From Haliotis rufescens (taxonomy: Eukaryota), in contig NW_025963779.1 in assembly GCF_023055435.1 (NCBI RefSeq), positions 53,630,001-53,694,000 of the forward strand: 64,000 nucleotides of DNA. Reading direction: 5' to 3'. This document shows, piece by piece, positions 62,324 through 64,000 of the stretch. How positions within the stretch are numbered: position 1 is the stretch's first letter; every line of letters begins with the position of its first letter. Made by a program: the position numbers and the translations under genes. Below the pieces are notes generated by a model. That model was not told the DNA's origin. It worked only from the letters and a program-made list of their open reading frames with translations, and did not search any database.

Positions 62324-63459
62324 AACCGATCAACTGCGCTACGTCCACACTGTTAAAAACCCATTAAAACCCAACCGTCGTTTCCAGGATTGACAACGAC
62401 CACATTGAGTTTTGAGGTTGGGATAGGGGTATTGCAGTTATCAATTCCTTCACACTGGGAAAATGTGTTTGTCAAGAGTTCACAAGGTAGACTTACGTAG
62501 ACGATAACAGAGGCGTTTTCTTTTGCTTGCCTCCAGACTGCAGAGTAATGTTACTGTTTCTAGATGAAAACACACTTCAGATTAATCTGCGGAAATGTTG
62601 CTTTTGAAACTAGCTCCTAATATCTCGGGTATCTGCGGTGATTCCTTTTCAAGCCACCATGCCATATAGCTACACAACGGATATGACGATATATTGACAT
62701 TGCTATCCCTTGAGATAAGGTATGTGTGGTTTGATTACAGTTGTGATATTTATTCAAACCACAAATACCTGATCCTTAGAGATAACGTATTACCATAAAT
62801 TGTATGCCATGTAAATACAATCATATATCTTACAGGTGGCCAACCGTTGATAAGTCATATGCCGAAGATAGCGAAAAAGGATATTGTTGGCTTGCAAAAG
62901 ATTGAATACAATGTAATTAGAATTACTGAGAAATCAAATTGATAGAACTGTGCAGTATGTACCCAAGGTAACATTTGTGTCACAATAACTTTATATATGC
63001 ACTAAGTATGGAAGGACATCTTTGGTGAGCAACAATAGAGGAGTGTTGTGAGTGAGTGTTGATTTGCGCCGTATAACGTCCCTATATATATATGTCATGT
63101 GAGATTAAGTGGTGGAGGTAGGCACGGGCGGCCCAATCGACTAAGGCGTCGTAATACATTACATGTATGTACAGTTATGGCCCTTAGCCGACCCAGGACA
63201 AAATGATCGTGGTTCGAATCCATGTTTCGGTGTGATCGTACCCGTGTTCATTGGTTTCACCAAGCTGATAAACGTCCAAAATCTGCTTTCCTCTCAGTGA
63301 ATCAGTCAATCAGTTTATTCATATATAACTGTAAGGCCACAGGCCCATAGTACAGAATACATGACAATGTGGAAGCGGTTAGGAATGTTACAAGGATTCA
63401 TTTCTTAATAACATGGCATGATATATAAAGAGAGAGAGATTTTGTAAAGCCGTTTTGCT

Positions 63460-63790
63460 CTAATGTGAAATTAAAGAGATAAACTTGTATTTATTTGGAT
63501 GTACATAGTATTTCTGTTCAACATATTTTTTCCTTAAATTATCATATTTACAACATACAAGTAGAAAATGAAATTCATCTTCGACAACATTTAATGAACA
63601 TTGTTTACATAATCTTAAACATTTGGGTATTTTGTTGTGCCTGCCAACTTCAACCATTAACCTGTGTGAGCTGCATCTAAATTGTGTTAATGATATTCTG
63701 CATTTTCTTATATTTACATCAGTTAAAAAAAAATTCTGCGCATATTTGCATTTTAAAATATCTATAATATTCGCATTTGCTAGAAACATC
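63460..63790 (-). mobile_element. 3' fragment of a non-LTR retrotransposon ORF2 (RTE-X/CR1-like C-terminal zinc finger)
   Basis: FRCSSHRLMVEVGRH...RLCKQCSLNVVEDEFHFLLVCCKYDNLR motif. Confidence 0.8.
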
Positions 63791-64000
63791 TACAGTAGAT
63801 CTCCATGTTTGAAAGTACATGTCAAAAAGCGTCTGCCTTATTTTCGATATGAACATGGCATGATTCTCTCTCACATAGTCCTGACACGCCGTTATATAGC
63901 TGACATTTTGATCAAAGCACCGTTAAACCCAACACACCTATACTTATTGACATTTGGTTACAGACAGAAATGGCCCATGGTTGCACATATGTCTAATCAA

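Overview
AT-rich, intron-containing animal genomic DNA. The SINE/MITE repertoire suggests a mollusc, possibly an abalone-like gastropod (inference). Four genes were reconstructed by hand from GT-AG exons with consistent phases, arranged as two head-to-head pairs: SPATA5L1/AFG2B (-) with MRPL54 (+), and PEX11 (-) with WDR93 (+). Two further genes are partial: a signal-peptide exon at the left edge (-) and an MGCxxS-starting exon near the right edge (+). Introns are dense with nested SINEs (four families), MITEs, a Tc1 remnant, a LINE fragment and minisatellites. There is one N gap. Most interesting: (1) a retroposon family with no tRNA head whose 5' end shows compensatory base-pair changes in a pseudoknot-like RNA fold (candidate ribozyme or structured RNA); (2) a 4.7-kb CACTA-like element in the MRPL54 intron that appears to carry its own spliced antisense transcription unit; (3) the PEX11-WDR93 divergent pair, which matches the human PEX11A-WDR93 arrangement; (4) two duplications of exon fragments into introns. 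All coordinates were read by eye and may be off by a few bases.
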